NCBI GenBank assembly: GCA_031551525.1
Contig: JAVBNN010000003.1
Location: 8,029-72,028, forward strand
Direction of reading: 5' to 3'
From: Acidaminococcales bacterium
GTDB lineage: Bacteria; Bacillota; Negativicutes; Acidaminococcales; JAISLQ01
DNA length: 64,000 nt
Both the position numbers and the translations under genes were made by a program. Shown here piece by piece: positions 17,438 through 27,781 of the stretch. The stretch's first letter is position 1. The number at the start of each line of letters is the position of its first letter. The notes under the pieces are model-generated. The model worked only from the letters and a program-made list of their open reading frames with translations, was not told the origin of the DNA and made no database searches.

Positions 17438-18775
17438 TTATTTCATAAAAGGCATCTTGAAGTTGCCCTTTGGTGAAAACTTATTCATACCCTGCAGTTT
17501 TTTCATCATTTTTTTGCTTTCTTCAAACTGTTTGAGAAGTTTGTTCACATCCTGCACCCGCATACCGCAGCCAGCCGCTATGCGTTTTCGACGGCTGCCG
17601 TTTATGATGGCCGGTTTTCTGCGTTCCGCCTTGGTCATGGACTGGATGATCGCCTCTACGCGCACCAGCTCTTTGTCGTCTATATCGACGTCCTTGAGTT
17701 TACTCCCGAGGCCGGGTATCATACCGAGGATGGACTTTAAGGAGCCCATCTTTTTTACCTGCTGCATCTGTTCAAGAAAGTCTTCGAGCGTAAAATCTTC
17801 TTTACGCAGGCGTTTTTCCATTTCCTGGGCTTTTTCCATATCGACGTTGGCTTGTATCTTGTCGATAAGGCCGAGCATGTCGCCCATTCCTAGGATACGC
17901 GACGCCATGCGGTCTGGATAAAATGGTTCGAGGGCATCGAGTTTTTCGCCCATGCCGACAAATTTTATCGGCTGGCCGGTCACCGCTTTGACGGAAAGGG
18001 CTGCGCCGCCCCTGGCGTCGCCATCGAGTTTGGTCAGGATGATGCCGTCTATACCGAGCTGCCCGTTAAAAGCCTCCGCCACGGTCACAGCGTCCTGGCC
18101 GGTCATCGCGTCCACCACCAGAAGGATTTCGTGCGGTTTGGCGACCGATTTGACGTCTTTGAGTTCCTGCATGAGTTCTTCGTTGATATGCAACCGCCCG
18201 GCCGTATCCAGTATGACGATGTCACGCCCGGTAAGAAGGGCCTGCTTGACAGCATTTTCCGCGATCGTTACCGGCGATGCGCCGCTTTCCATAGAAAAAA
18301 CCGGTATACCAAGCTGTTCACCCAATACCTGCAGTTGTTTTATAGCTGCCGGACGGTAGATATCCGCCGCAACCAGCATGGGTTTTTTATTGCCGTCAGA
18401 CAGAAGGTTAGCCAGTTTTCCGGCAGTAGTCGTCTTGCCGGAGCCCTGGAGGCCGACCAGCATGATGACTGTGGGCGGACGGGACGACATGAGTATCTTG
18501 CTCTGGGAGCCGCCCATGAGATTGGTCAGTTCGTCGTCCACGATTTTTATGATATGCTGGGCCGCGGTAAGGCTTTCCAAAACTTCCTGCCCCACGGCGC
18601 GCTCTTTTATCCTGCCGACAAAGTCTTTTACGACTTTGAAGTTTACGTCTGCCTCGAGAAGCGCCATGCGCACTTCGCGCAATACTTCGTTTACTTCGAC
18701 TTCGGTTATCTTGCCTTTGCCGCGCAGTTTTTTGAACGCGCCCTGCAAACGCTCGGACAATCCTTCAAAAGCCAT
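17438..18775 (-). CDS. ffh: signal recognition particle protein Ffh
   Basis: 445 aa. MAFEGLSERLQ, GLQGSGKTTT, DTAGRL, TKLDGDARGG, Met-rich M domain. Confidence 0.95.
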   Translation of the reverse strand: MAFEGLSERLQGAFKKLRGKGKITEVEVNEVLREVRMALLEADVNFKVVKDFVGRIKERAVGQEVLESLTAAQHIIKIVDDELTNLMGGSQSKILMSSRPPTVIMLVGLQGSGKTTTAGKLANLLSDGNKKPMLVAADIYRPAAIKQLQVLGEQLGIPVFSMESGASPVTIAENAVKQALLTGRDIVILDTAGRLHINEELMQELKDVKSVAKPHEILLVVDAMTGQDAVTVAEAFNGQLGIDGIILTKLDGDARGGAALSVKAVTGQPIKFVGMGEKLDALEPFYPDRMASRILGMGDMLGLIDKIQANVDMEKAQEMEKRLRKEDFTLEDFLEQMQQVKKMGSLKSILGMIPGLGSKLKDVDIDDKELVRVEAIIQSMTKAERRKPAIINGSRRKRIAAGCGMRVQDVNKLLKQFEESKKMMKKLQGMNKFSPKGNFKMPFMK

Positions 18776-19133
18776 CCGTACCGCCTCCTTTCAAAAACTG
18801 CCCCAGCTTTTTTTCCGCGTCCACTACCTGTGCCAAGCGTCCGCCCGGCCCTTGTACTGCTTTTTTCAAGAGGGCGGCTATTTCGGCAAGCTCAACGGCC
18901 TGCTTTTCATATCTGGCCACCAGGGCAAGCTTATCTTCAAATTCCTGCATTATCTGTACGGTGCGTTTGAGCATGTCGTGCACCGCCTGACGGGAAACTG
19001 CAAATTCTTCGGCTATTTCGGCCAGGGAGAGGTCGTTTAAATAGTGAAGCTCTATGCACTGTTTTTGGCGTTCGGTCAAAAGCGCGCCATAAAAGTCATA
19101 GAGCATGGTTATTTTCAAGGTCTGAGAAATCAT
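18765..19133 (-). CDS. ylxM: YlxM family putative DNA-binding protein (UPF0122)
   Basis: 122 aa. LYDFYGALLTERQKQCIELHYLNDLSLAEIAEEFAVSRQAVHD (sigma-70 region-4-like HTH). It overlaps the ffh start. Confidence 0.85.
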   Translation of the reverse strand: MISQTLKITMLYDFYGALLTERQKQCIELHYLNDLSLAEIAEEFAVSRQAVHDMLKRTVQIMQEFEDKLALVARYEKQAVELAEIAALLKKAVQGPGGRLAQVVDAEKKLGQFLKGGGTDGF

Positions 19134-19174
19134 TTCACCCTCACTACTGACAAGCTCTTTTACTTTACAGAGTG

Positions 19175-19203
19175 ATTATAATATGTCTTGTAAAGACTGT
19201 CAA
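19175..19203 (-). promoter_or_regulatory. consensus sigma-70 promoter (TTGACA-17-TATAAT) for ylxM-ffh operon
   Basis: On the minus strand, TTGACA (19203-19198), a 17-nt spacer, then TATAAT (19180-19175), about 40 nt upstream of the ylxM start. Confidence 0.65.
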
Positions 19204-19216
19204 GTTTTTTTACTTG

Positions 19217-20062
19217 TCACTTGCTGCCAAGACGGTTGGTCAATATCATACCAACAACGACTACTATACCACCCAGTAAAGCCAAGGGCGGCATAAGCTC
19301 GCCCAACCAGAAATAAGCTATCACCATGGCGACAAAGGGTGTGAGATATAAAAACATCACGACATTAGCCGTGTTGTACGCCGCGTGCAGGGCGTAGCTC
19401 CAGGAAAGATAGGCTAGCCCGGCAGGAAATATACCCATGTAGATTATTATGAGGTCGGCTTTTAAGGGCGCCGCCGGAAATTCACGCATCAGGTCGGGGA
19501 AAAAGAACAACCCGAAAGCAGTACCGATAAGCACAGCATACATCGTGGACTCCATGGGCGTGTATTTGCGCAGTATTTTCCTTTGTATGATATTATAGAG
19601 AGCCGTACAGACGGCCGCCCCGATAAGGATAAACACGCCTTTATTTATTTCAAAGCCGTGTACCTGGCTGCTGGCGATCATAATGAGCCCGCCCCCGCTG
19701 GTCAGCATACCCAGCCAGCTGAAAAAATTGGCTTTTTCTTTTAGAAAAAATATCGAAAACAACAGCGCAAATACCGGCGCCGAGGCTATGATGAAGCTGC
19801 TTACGCCCGACTGCATCATGGCGGTGCCGCTATTGAAGAGCCACATATAGGCAAATATTCCGATAAAACCGCCGGCAATAAAATACGGCCAATCCTCTCT
19901 GTCCGGCCAGCGCACCGTTTGCCGCCGTCCCAGCAAAACAAGGACTATAGAGGCCACGATAAACCGCAACAACATAATAGCCGCCGGTGAATACCAGGTC
20001 AGGCAGTATTTTACGGCCGGGAAGGCCGATGCCCACAGGATTATGGTGATTGTCGCCGCCAA
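19217..20062 (-). CDS. EamA/DMT family transporter
   Basis: 281 aa, about 10 hydrophobic helices, two EamA-like halves. The track start is a TTG. The in-frame upstream stop coincides with the ftsY stop, so the exact start is uncertain. Confidence 0.75.
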   Translation of the reverse strand: MAATITIILWASAFPAVKYCLTWYSPAAIMLLRFIVASIVLVLLGRRQTVRWPDREDWPYFIAGGFIGIFAYMWLFNSGTAMMQSGVSSFIIASAPVFALLFSIFFLKEKANFFSWLGMLTSGGGLIMIASSQVHGFEINKGVFILIGAAVCTALYNIIQRKILRKYTPMESTMYAVLIGTAFGLFFFPDLMREFPAAPLKADLIIIYMGIFPAGLAYLSWSYALHAAYNTANVVMFLYLTPFVAMVIAYFWLGELMPPLALLGGIVVVVGMILTNRLGSK

Positions 20063-20119
20063 ATAGGAAAATGACGGACTGTTTTTTGCCGGTAATATGA
20101 TGATCAGCGCCTTACAAAG

Positions 20120-21031
20120 TTATTTCTCAAACAACGCTTTGCTGAACTCCGCCGGGTCGAAAGGCCTAAAGTCCATCTGCCCTTCGCCGACTCCTATCCA
20201 CTTGACCGGGATGCCTAGTGCGTCCTTGACTGCGACTACCACGCCGCCTTTGGCCGTGCCGTCGAGTTTGGTCAGTACGGCGCCGGTGACTTTGGCCACT
20301 TCGGTAAATACTTTGGCCTGGCTGATGGCGTTCTGTCCGGTGGTAGCGTCCAGCACCAGAAAGGTCTCATGCGGCGCGTCGGGTATTTCTCTTTGTATGA
20401 CTCGGTAAATCTTTTCCAGTTCTTTCATGAGGTTGGTTTTGTTGTGCAGCCGCCCTGCCGTATCTATAAAGAGTATGTCCGCCCCACGCGACTTTGCGGC
20501 CTGCACGGCATCAAATACTACCGCCGCCGGGTCAGACCCCTCGGCCTGTCTTATGACCTCTGCATTGCCGCGTTCGCCCCATATTTCAAGTTGTTCGGCG
20601 GCGGCGGCGCGGAAAGTATCGGCCGCGGCAAACATGACTTTGTAACCCATCAGGTTGTAGTAGTTGCCCAGTTTGCCAATAGTAGTGGTCTTACCGACGC
20701 CGTTTACGCCTACTACCAAAACAACGGTCGGTTTGCCGACGATCCGGGTGCCTTCCATACCTTCCGATAATATAGCGGTGACGCGTTTTTCGAGAAATCC
20801 CCCTACCATGGAAGCGTCTGCTATTTCACCGTTTTTGACGCCTTTTCTGACGTCGTTTATCAGTTTTTCCGTGGTAGTCATGCCGACATCGGCGGTCAAG
20901 AGGATAGCCTCGAGTTCTTCGAGAAAATCTTCGTCTATTTTTGTTGAGCCGCCGACCAGGCGGCCGATCTGTTCGGTAAAGCCTTTTCTGGTCTTACCCA
21001 GCCCATCTTTTAAGCGTTCAAAAAAACTCAT
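20120..21031 (-). CDS. ftsY: signal recognition particle receptor FtsY
   Basis: 303 aa. GVNGVGKTTTIGKL, DTAGRLH, TKLDGTAKGG. Confidence 0.95.
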   Translation of the reverse strand: MSFFERLKDGLGKTRKGFTEQIGRLVGGSTKIDEDFLEELEAILLTADVGMTTTEKLINDVRKGVKNGEIADASMVGGFLEKRVTAILSEGMEGTRIVGKPTVVLVVGVNGVGKTTTIGKLGNYYNLMGYKVMFAAADTFRAAAAEQLEIWGERGNAEVIRQAEGSDPAAVVFDAVQAAKSRGADILFIDTAGRLHNKTNLMKELEKIYRVIQREIPDAPHETFLVLDATTGQNAISQAKVFTEVAKVTGAVLTKLDGTAKGGVVVAVKDALGIPVKWIGVGEGQMDFRPFDPAEFSKALFEK

Positions 21032-24000
21032 GCTAAAGCTCCTTTTTTCTCCTGCATTTTTACTGACAATAATTTAGACACACCGGACTCTTCCATGGTT
21101 ATGCCGTGCATCAGGTGGGAGGCCTGCATGGTACCCTTGCGGTGCGTTATAACGACAAACTGGGTATTTTGCGCAAAGTCGGTCAAAAATCTGGCGAAAC
21201 GTTCTACATTGACTTCGTCTAGCGCTGCGTCCACTTCATCGAGCACACAAAAAGGCGCCGGACGGTAGGACAGCATGGCAAACAAGAGGGCAATAACGGT
21301 CAGCGCCCGCTCGCCGCCGGACAAAAGCGCCAGCGTTTGTAGTTTTTTCCCGGGCGGTTGCACTATAATATCGACGCCGGTAGAAAGTATGTCCGAGGGG
21401 TCGATAAGTTTGAGCGAGGCCGAGCCTCCATCAAACAACCGCGAAAAACACTCGGCAAAAAAGACGTTTATCGCGTTGAACGCTTCCCTGAAGCGTTTGC
21501 TCATAGTTTTGTTTATATCATTTATCAATGTTTCCAGTTGCTCTTTGCTGCTCACCAGGTCCTGGTACTGGGCATACATAAAGTCATGCCGTTCCTTCAG
21601 TTGGGCGTACTCTTCGATAGCCGCCGGATTGACCGGTCCCAGTTCGAGAAGCCCGGCCTCCAGTTTTTCCGCCTCGCGCAGCAATTCAACATCGGTGATA
21701 TTATCGAGGCACAACTCCTCTGCTTCTTCCATGGATAGTGCATATTGTTCGGCCAGCTGCTCTTTAGCCAGGTTCAGTTCTGTTTCATAACGTACAAAGA
21801 TGGATTCCGCGTTGCGCAGCCGGTTTTGTATGCCGGAGAGGCGGTTTTTCAGTTCCCGTCCGGCTTGCTCCAAAATTTTTTGCTCTGACAGTAGTTCCAA
21901 CTGTTCGCCCGTAGTCGCGTCGCGCTCCTGGCGCAGTGCATCAAGTTGCACGGCATTTTTTTCTATTTCTTCGCCTATATTTTCCTGTTCGGCCAGTGCC
22001 GTGGCGACACTTTTTTCAAAGTCGGCCAGTTCTTTAGCCAGCCGCTTTTTATCAAGGTCATATTGTTTGCCTTCTTCTTCGAGGGCCGCCGCCTGCTCAC
22101 GCAGCATGCCGGCTGCATTATGGGCGGTTTCATAGCGCACCCTGGCGTTGTTGAAGTTGTCGTTCGCCGTGTCCCTATCGTCTTTTGCCTTTTGCAACTC
22201 CCGGGACAGTTCGCCAGCCAACCCGACCAGTTTTCCATCATCATCTTCCGCCTGTTGTCTGGCTTTTCGCAGTTTCGCCAGAGCGGTCTGTAACGTTTTC
22301 CCCTCTTCCAAAGCGGTTGCGTGTTCATATTTCACGGTTTCCAGCCCTAACAGATACTGATTTTCCTGTTTTTCCGCTTCCCGGCAATAAGCGTTTGCGC
22401 CAGCCATTTCCACTTCTACTGCGCTCAAGTGCCTACTGTGAATTTTGGCTTCTTCTTCCAGCACATTGATCTCATCGGTCAAGGCGTTTTGCCTGGCCGC
22501 GCTCTCTTCCTGCCCTTTTACCAACGCAGCCAGTTTTTCCCTGATTTCGGCGATTTCCTGGCCGCGCGACAAAAAACCGCTCTCTTTCACCGGGCGGCTA
22601 CCGCCGCTCATCGCCCCGCCGGCGTTTATAACGTCACCCTCGAGAGTTACTATCCTCAGGCGCAAGTTGCGCTGGCGGCTGACTTTTATAGCGGCTTCAA
22701 GGTTTTTTGCAATGACCGTCCGCCCCAAGAGAAACTCTATCGCCGGAAGAGCTTCAGCGGCACAACCCACTAATCTGCCGGCAAAACCCAGTATGTCCGG
22801 CATAACTGCCGCTTCTTCTTCTTCTTTGTTCGGTCGGGTAATTTTTAGGTTAGGTAAAGGCAAAAAAGTCGCCCGGCCTGCCTTTTCACGTTTGAGATAT
22901 TCTATCGCGCCTTTAGCCGCCGCGTCATCCGCTGTGACAATATTTTGCAGCGCAGGTCCCAGCGCAGTCTCTACAGCAGTGACAAGGTGCGCCGGCACGT
23001 CGAGGAGTTCCCCGACCACCCCGTTTATGCCCACTCGCCAGTTTTCCTTGGCGGACATGACTTTTTTTACGCTATGGCTAAACCCTTCATATTCTTTTTG
23101 TAGCCTGTCCAGTACGTTTCTCCGGGCGTCGAGAGATACCGCGGCTTCTTCGAGTTGCTTGCCTTCAGCCAGTGCGCTTTGCAACGCGGTCCGCTTTTGC
23201 GCGATTGCTTGTTGTGTGTTGCCGCTATCTGTTTCATGCGCCTGTTTCTTTTGCAATAGGGTTTTTATATTTTCTTTGTGGCCGGACAGGTCGTTTTGCA
23301 CAACAGACAGTTTTTGCGCCACAGTATCCATTTCCGTAGCCAGCTGTCCCATTTGGCGGGCAGACGCAGCAATAGCCGTCTCCTGTGCTCGCAGGTCGTT
23401 GCCCAGTTGCAGGATATTGCGCTTGCGCTCAAATATATTGATCTGCTCTTCTTCCTGTGCTTTCCCGATAGCGGTTATACGTTCCTCTTTACCGGCCAGT
23501 TCGCTTGCCCATTTGTCTTTATCTTCGGCTGCCGCCTGTTCGATTGTCTCCTCATCTTTAAGCCGCCCGGCCAGTTCACCCGTCTTTTCTTTAAATTGCG
23601 CAGCCTGGTTTTCCACGCGTTGGATATTTTCAGCGATGCTCCGGCAGCGTTCTTTATGTTGCGCCGCCCGCTCCGCCAGTACCGCCTTTTGCCCGGACAG
23701 GCGTTCCGCCAAAGCCTGCGTTTCGGCGATATTCTGTTGCTGGTGCCCGACCAGTTCGGCGATAGAGTTTAGTTTTTCCGTAAACAAAAACGCCTTGTTT
23801 TCGTGTAAGGCGGTTTCCGTGCTGACGTCTGTTTCCTCGGCGCGCAGCCCTTCTATCTGCCCTTCGGCGTCTTCGGTCATTTTTTGCGCTTTGCCGATCT
23901 TCCTGATTGCCAAAGTCACCCGCCGTTCCTTGAGACCGGCGGCAAGTTCATTATGTTTTTTGGTTTTTTCCGCGCTTTCGCGTAACGGTTCGAGGTTGGC

Positions 24001-24597
24001 CGCGATTTCGGCGCGTATATCGTCAAGCCGGGTCAGGTTGTTGTCCGTTTCTTCCAGCCGCCGCATAGCGTCCTTTTTGCGCAATTTATAGCGGGTTATA
24101 CCGGCCGCTTCTTCAAAAAGAGTTCGCCGGTCTTCCGGACGTCCGGTTAATATCTCATCTACTTTATTTTGCCCTACTATGGACAAAGAACCCTTCCCGA
24201 GGCCGGTATCAGCAAACAGATCCTGTATGTCTTTTAGGCGGCAGGGGGCTTTATTGATAAAATACGAGCTTTCACCTGAGCGGAACAGGCGGCGGCAGAT
24301 AGTCACTTCCTGGAAATCTACCGGCAATATGCCGTCCTGGTTGGAAAAAAACAAAGAAACCTCAGCTATATTGAGGGCCCTTCTCGTGCCGCTGCCGGAA
24401 AAGATGACGTCCTCCATGGAGTTGCCGCGCAGGGTGCGAATACTCTGCTCACCCAACACCCAGCGTATGGCATCGGCTATATTGCTTTTTCCACTGCCGT
24501 TCGGCCCGACGATCGACGTTATCCCGTCGCCGAAAGATACCTCTATCTTGTCGGCAAAAGACTTGAAGCCTACGGTCTCTATTGCTTTGAGTTTCAA
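21028..24597 (-). CDS. smc: chromosome segregation protein SMC
   Basis: 1189 aa. N-terminal FKSFADK...GPNGSGKSNI, long coiled coils, hinge, LSGGERALT signature, Walker B FCVLDEVDAALD. Confidence 0.95.
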   Translation of the reverse strand: MKLKAIETVGFKSFADKIEVSFGDGITSIVGPNGSGKSNIADAIRWVLGEQSIRTLRGNSMEDVIFSGSGTRRALNIAEVSLFFSNQDGILPVDFQEVTICRRLFRSGESSYFINKAPCRLKDIQDLFADTGLGKGSLSIVGQNKVDEILTGRPEDRRTLFEEAAGITRYKLRKKDAMRRLEETDNNLTRLDDIRAEIAANLEPLRESAEKTKKHNELAAGLKERRVTLAIRKIGKAQKMTEDAEGQIEGLRAEETDVSTETALHENKAFLFTEKLNSIAELVGHQQQNIAETQALAERLSGQKAVLAERAAQHKERCRSIAENIQRVENQAAQFKEKTGELAGRLKDEETIEQAAAEDKDKWASELAGKEERITAIGKAQEEEQINIFERKRNILQLGNDLRAQETAIAASARQMGQLATEMDTVAQKLSVVQNDLSGHKENIKTLLQKKQAHETDSGNTQQAIAQKRTALQSALAEGKQLEEAAVSLDARRNVLDRLQKEYEGFSHSVKKVMSAKENWRVGINGVVGELLDVPAHLVTAVETALGPALQNIVTADDAAAKGAIEYLKREKAGRATFLPLPNLKITRPNKEEEEAAVMPDILGFAGRLVGCAAEALPAIEFLLGRTVIAKNLEAAIKVSRQRNLRLRIVTLEGDVINAGGAMSGGSRPVKESGFLSRGQEIAEIREKLAALVKGQEESAARQNALTDEINVLEEEAKIHSRHLSAVEVEMAGANAYCREAEKQENQYLLGLETVKYEHATALEEGKTLQTALAKLRKARQQAEDDDGKLVGLAGELSRELQKAKDDRDTANDNFNNARVRYETAHNAAGMLREQAAALEEEGKQYDLDKKRLAKELADFEKSVATALAEQENIGEEIEKNAVQLDALRQERDATTGEQLELLSEQKILEQAGRELKNRLSGIQNRLRNAESIFVRYETELNLAKEQLAEQYALSMEEAEELCLDNITDVELLREAEKLEAGLLELGPVNPAAIEEYAQLKERHDFMYAQYQDLVSSKEQLETLINDINKTMSKRFREAFNAINVFFAECFSRLFDGGSASLKLIDPSDILSTGVDIIVQPPGKKLQTLALLSGGERALTVIALLFAMLSYRPAPFCVLDEVDAALDEVNVERFARFLTDFAQNTQFVVITHRKGTMQASHLMHGITMEESGVSKLLSVKMQEKKGALA

Positions 24598-24731
24598 AAA
24601 TTATCACCCGTTATACACAGACTTGATGAAATAATACATTAAATTATACCATGCCGGTTTGGGCAAAACAAACGCTATATGTTTGAGCAAATATACAACA
24701 GACCTCCCCGGTAAACTAGCAAAAGTCCGCT

Positions 24732-25922
24732 TCATAGCCTGATCTTTATCCATAGTCCGCCCAGTAGCATCACTCCCCCGGCCAGGATAAACGTGTTGCT
24801 GGCGCCTAAAGTGGAGACTAACAATCCCCCGGCCAAAAGACCGCTCAAGGACGCGCCGCTGAGCATGCTACCCAGGCTGCCGAAGGCCCGCCCGGAATAG
24901 TCTACCGGGATATTGGCCTGCACGTAGGTGTTGAATTTCACGAATATGAGCGCACCGCAGACGCCCCACAAAAGAAAAAACGGCAAAAACCCGACCGGAT
25001 GGCCACCGTACCTGCCCCATAGGCCTATCCCCAAAATAGACGCGCTGTAAAAGATAACGCCTAAAAGAAGGCTTCTCTGTACAGGAAAATCCCGGTGGTT
25101 TTTTAGGTAAAAATAGGTAGTCAGTATGCTTCCGAGACCTGAGGCCATCAGGCAGTAGCCCAGCCATGACTGCCCGGCATGCGGCATATCCCGTAACAAT
25201 ACTACAAATTGTGAGTCGACCACTTGAACCGTGAATACCACAAATACCTGAATAAAAGCGCCGTACATAATAAAAGGCACTGTGCGCATTATCCTGAGCC
25301 CTTCGTGAAGCTCCCCGCAGAGACTATGGCTGGACGTTGCGCCAGTGGGCAACCCGTGCTTTATGTGCGACATGAAGTAAAGTATGCCTGTCCCAGCAAT
25401 ATAAGCGACAGCGTTGATATATATAGCGGTCTCTATGCTAAATACGGCCAGAAGTGTTCCGCCGAGCGCAGGCCCTGCCACCTTGGCGCCCTGGTCGATG
25501 AAACTGCTGTATATCACAGCGTCGTTTATACTTTCTGTCGGTACTATCTCTTTCAGTTTGCCGTTTTTTGCCGGAATGAAGGAGGCGTCCAAACCGCCCA
25601 GCAAGATTAGCAATAAACATAGGGCCGGAAAACTTTGCGCCGTAGCGACAAAAACCAGTGTGATAGCGCGCAGGGTATTTATAACGATCATCATGCGCCC
25701 GCGTTCCACCCGGTCGGCCAGCACTCCTGCCATAGGCCCAAGAAAAACCATGGGGGCAGCCAGAGCCAGTATGACCATGCTCATCTCAACCGGCGTAGCC
25801 TGCCAGCGAAAACCGGCCAAGGCGATGATGGCGACAATGCCAAACCAGTCGCCCAGCACTGATACCACCTGCGCCGACAAGAGCAGGCGGAAATCTTTTA
25901 TTTTAAAAAGTTTATTGTCCAT
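24732..25922 (-). CDS. MFS transporter
   Basis: 396 aa, 12 hydrophobic segments. N-terminal FRLLLSAQVVSVLGDWFG and LADRVERGRMM are typical of the MFS_3/EntS-like group. Confidence 0.75.
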   Translation of the reverse strand: MDNKLFKIKDFRLLLSAQVVSVLGDWFGIVAIIALAGFRWQATPVEMSMVILALAAPMVFLGPMAGVLADRVERGRMMIVINTLRAITLVFVATAQSFPALCLLLILLGGLDASFIPAKNGKLKEIVPTESINDAVIYSSFIDQGAKVAGPALGGTLLAVFSIETAIYINAVAYIAGTGILYFMSHIKHGLPTGATSSHSLCGELHEGLRIMRTVPFIMYGAFIQVFVVFTVQVVDSQFVVLLRDMPHAGQSWLGYCLMASGLGSILTTYFYLKNHRDFPVQRSLLLGVIFYSASILGIGLWGRYGGHPVGFLPFFLLWGVCGALIFVKFNTYVQANIPVDYSGRAFGSLGSMLSGASLSGLLAGGLLVSTLGASNTFILAGGVMLLGGLWIKIRL

Positions 25923-25941
25923 AACGGCACCCGTATTTGAT

Positions 25942-26943
25942 TTACCTTATCACTTCAAAAAGTGGCTTTTCTACGTCAGCCACGCAAAAGTCCAGTTCAT
26001 ACTGTGGGTAATGCTGCTTAAAATACTCTAAATTGGTTTTTTTATGGCCATAAACTTTGGACAGTTCCCTCGCCGGCAGTAAAATCCTTACCCGGCGCAC
26101 CGTTGCCGGCAATACAGCAAGCTTTGTGCTGAGCCATTTTCTATATCTCTGCCCGGCCACCAGTTCTCCAAATGCCGGATGATACGGTCCTCCCAAGATA
26201 GCTCCTTGTTCGCGAAGACCTTCGTCATCCTGCAACCCCAGGCGTATTACCTTTATTCCTGCGTTTTCAAACGCCTCCGCCAAGTAGGCGGCTTGTTCTG
26301 CCGCTGTATCGATATCTAGCGGCTGAAAGCGCCCGGCGTGAAATTCGTCGGCCAGTTTGGTATCGGCAAATATAAGCACTGGATATATGCGCACTACAGC
26401 AGGTTTCATCTTTACAGTCAGATCTGCGGTCTCCCGCACGCTCTCCCAGTCCTGGCCCGGCAAACCGAGCATCAATTGTATGCCAAAAGCTACACTGTTT
26501 TGTGTCAGTTTTGCCGCCGCACGCGCTACGTCAGCACTGGTATGCCCCCGGTCAGCCAGCGCCAGCACCTGATCGTCCAGCGACTGCACACCCAGTTCCA
26601 CCATTTTAACGCCATGGTTTTTAAGACGGGTTATGGTTGTTTCGTCGATATAATCTGGCCTGGTGGATATACGAAGAGAAGTCACCTCTCCTTTTTGTTG
26701 GTATTCCTCTGCCAGTTCAAGCAAACTTTCCTGCGCGGTTTCCGGCAGGGCGGTAAAGGAGCCACCGTAAAAAGCCAGCTCTTTTGCTGTTTGGGCAGGC
26801 AAAAACGCCAGATAGCGGTCTATCTGCCCTCTGGCATCTTCTATGGAAAATTCTCTATGGCCGCTTATGCGGTGCTGGTTGCAGAATGCGCAACGGTGCG
26901 GGCAACCGGCATAACTTATAAAAACCGGAATAATATGCGGCAT
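25942..26943 (-). CDS. radical SAM protein (Elp3/HemN-like domain family)
   Basis: 333 aa. CxxxCxxC cluster motif at the N-terminus (YAGCPHRCAFCNQ). This is the usual position next to rnc in Clostridia-type genomes. Confidence 0.75.
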   Translation of the reverse strand: MPHIIPVFISYAGCPHRCAFCNQHRISGHREFSIEDARGQIDRYLAFLPAQTAKELAFYGGSFTALPETAQESLLELAEEYQQKGEVTSLRISTRPDYIDETTITRLKNHGVKMVELGVQSLDDQVLALADRGHTSADVARAAAKLTQNSVAFGIQLMLGLPGQDWESVRETADLTVKMKPAVVRIYPVLIFADTKLADEFHAGRFQPLDIDTAAEQAAYLAEAFENAGIKVIRLGLQDDEGLREQGAILGGPYHPAFGELVAGQRYRKWLSTKLAVLPATVRRVRILLPARELSKVYGHKKTNLEYFKQHYPQYELDFCVADVEKPLFEVIR

Positions 26944-27015
26944 AAAACGCTCCTAAAATATCCATCCTATTTGTAATAGTATATAATTTAAAAATTTTGG
27001 TCAACATATAAAAGC

Positions 27016-27049
27016 AAAAACCGGAACGCTGATGCGCCCGGCCTGTTTT
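27016..27049 (-). terminator. possible intrinsic terminator after rnc
   Basis: Interrupted GC hairpin (CCGG..CGC-UGAU-GCG.CCGG) flanked by A5 and U6 runs, immediately after the rnc stop. Confidence 0.45.
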
Positions 27050-27769
27050 TTACAATTCGCCCATTGCCTCGAGAGCCCGTTTGGCTGCTATCTGTTCGGC
27101 CTCTTTCTTGGAACGCCCTTCACCGTGCCCGACTGTTTTGTCGTTTATCAGAGCGGCCATCTTAAATATCTTATGATGATCCGGCCCATCTTCCGCAATC
27201 AGTGTGTAACTGACCGCCGACTCGCTGTCGCGCTGGACGATTTCTTGCAGTTTGGTTTTATAATCGAACACCCCGTCTGAAACGGCGCAAGCGTCCATTT
27301 CAGCCTGTAAAATAGCCAAGGCCATTTGGTTGGTCTTCTCCCAGCCCTGGTCGATATAACAGGCTCCAATGACCGCTTCAAACGCGTCCGCCAGTATGGA
27401 ATTACGGTTGCGGCCGCCGGAAGCCTCTTCGCCCTTACCGAGCAGTATGTACTTCCCGAGGTTAATGCCGCGCGCATACTGTGAAAGCGCGGCTTCGCAT
27501 ACTACCCGCGCCCGCAGTTTGGTCATGGCGCCTTCGGCCATTTCAGGAAAATTGCTGTAAATATAGGTACAGACAACCAGGCTAAGTACAGAGTCGCCTA
27601 AAAACTCCAGCCGTTCATTGTGTACCGGCCGGGGCATGGTTTTGGCCTCATGTGCATACGAAGTATGGGTCAGTGCATTTTCCAAAAGAGCTGCATTATT
27701 TATTTCGATGTTCAACGCTGTGCATAATTCAGCAAGCTGTCCTTTACGCACTGCACTATTATTTTGCAT
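27050..27769 (-). CDS. rnc: ribonuclease III
   Basis: 239 aa. RNase III signature NERLEFLGDSVL, C-terminal dsRBD (GEGRSKKEAEQIAAKRALE). Confidence 0.95.
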   Translation of the reverse strand: MQNNSAVRKGQLAELCTALNIEINNAALLENALTHTSYAHEAKTMPRPVHNERLEFLGDSVLSLVVCTYIYSNFPEMAEGAMTKLRARVVCEAALSQYARGINLGKYILLGKGEEASGGRNRNSILADAFEAVIGACYIDQGWEKTNQMALAILQAEMDACAVSDGVFDYKTKLQEIVQRDSESAVSYTLIAEDGPDHHKIFKMAALINDKTVGHGEGRSKKEAEQIAAKRALEAMGEL

Positions 27770-27781
27770 GTTATCGCACTC

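Noticed and set aside
22445-24091. 548-aa + strand ORF (plus several 100-170-aa ORFs) inside smc
   Set aside because: It is antisense to the SMC coiled-coil region. The product is Ser/Ala/Cys/Phe low-complexity, has no RBS or motifs, and is a typical mirror-frame artefact of GAA/GCN-rich coding sequence.
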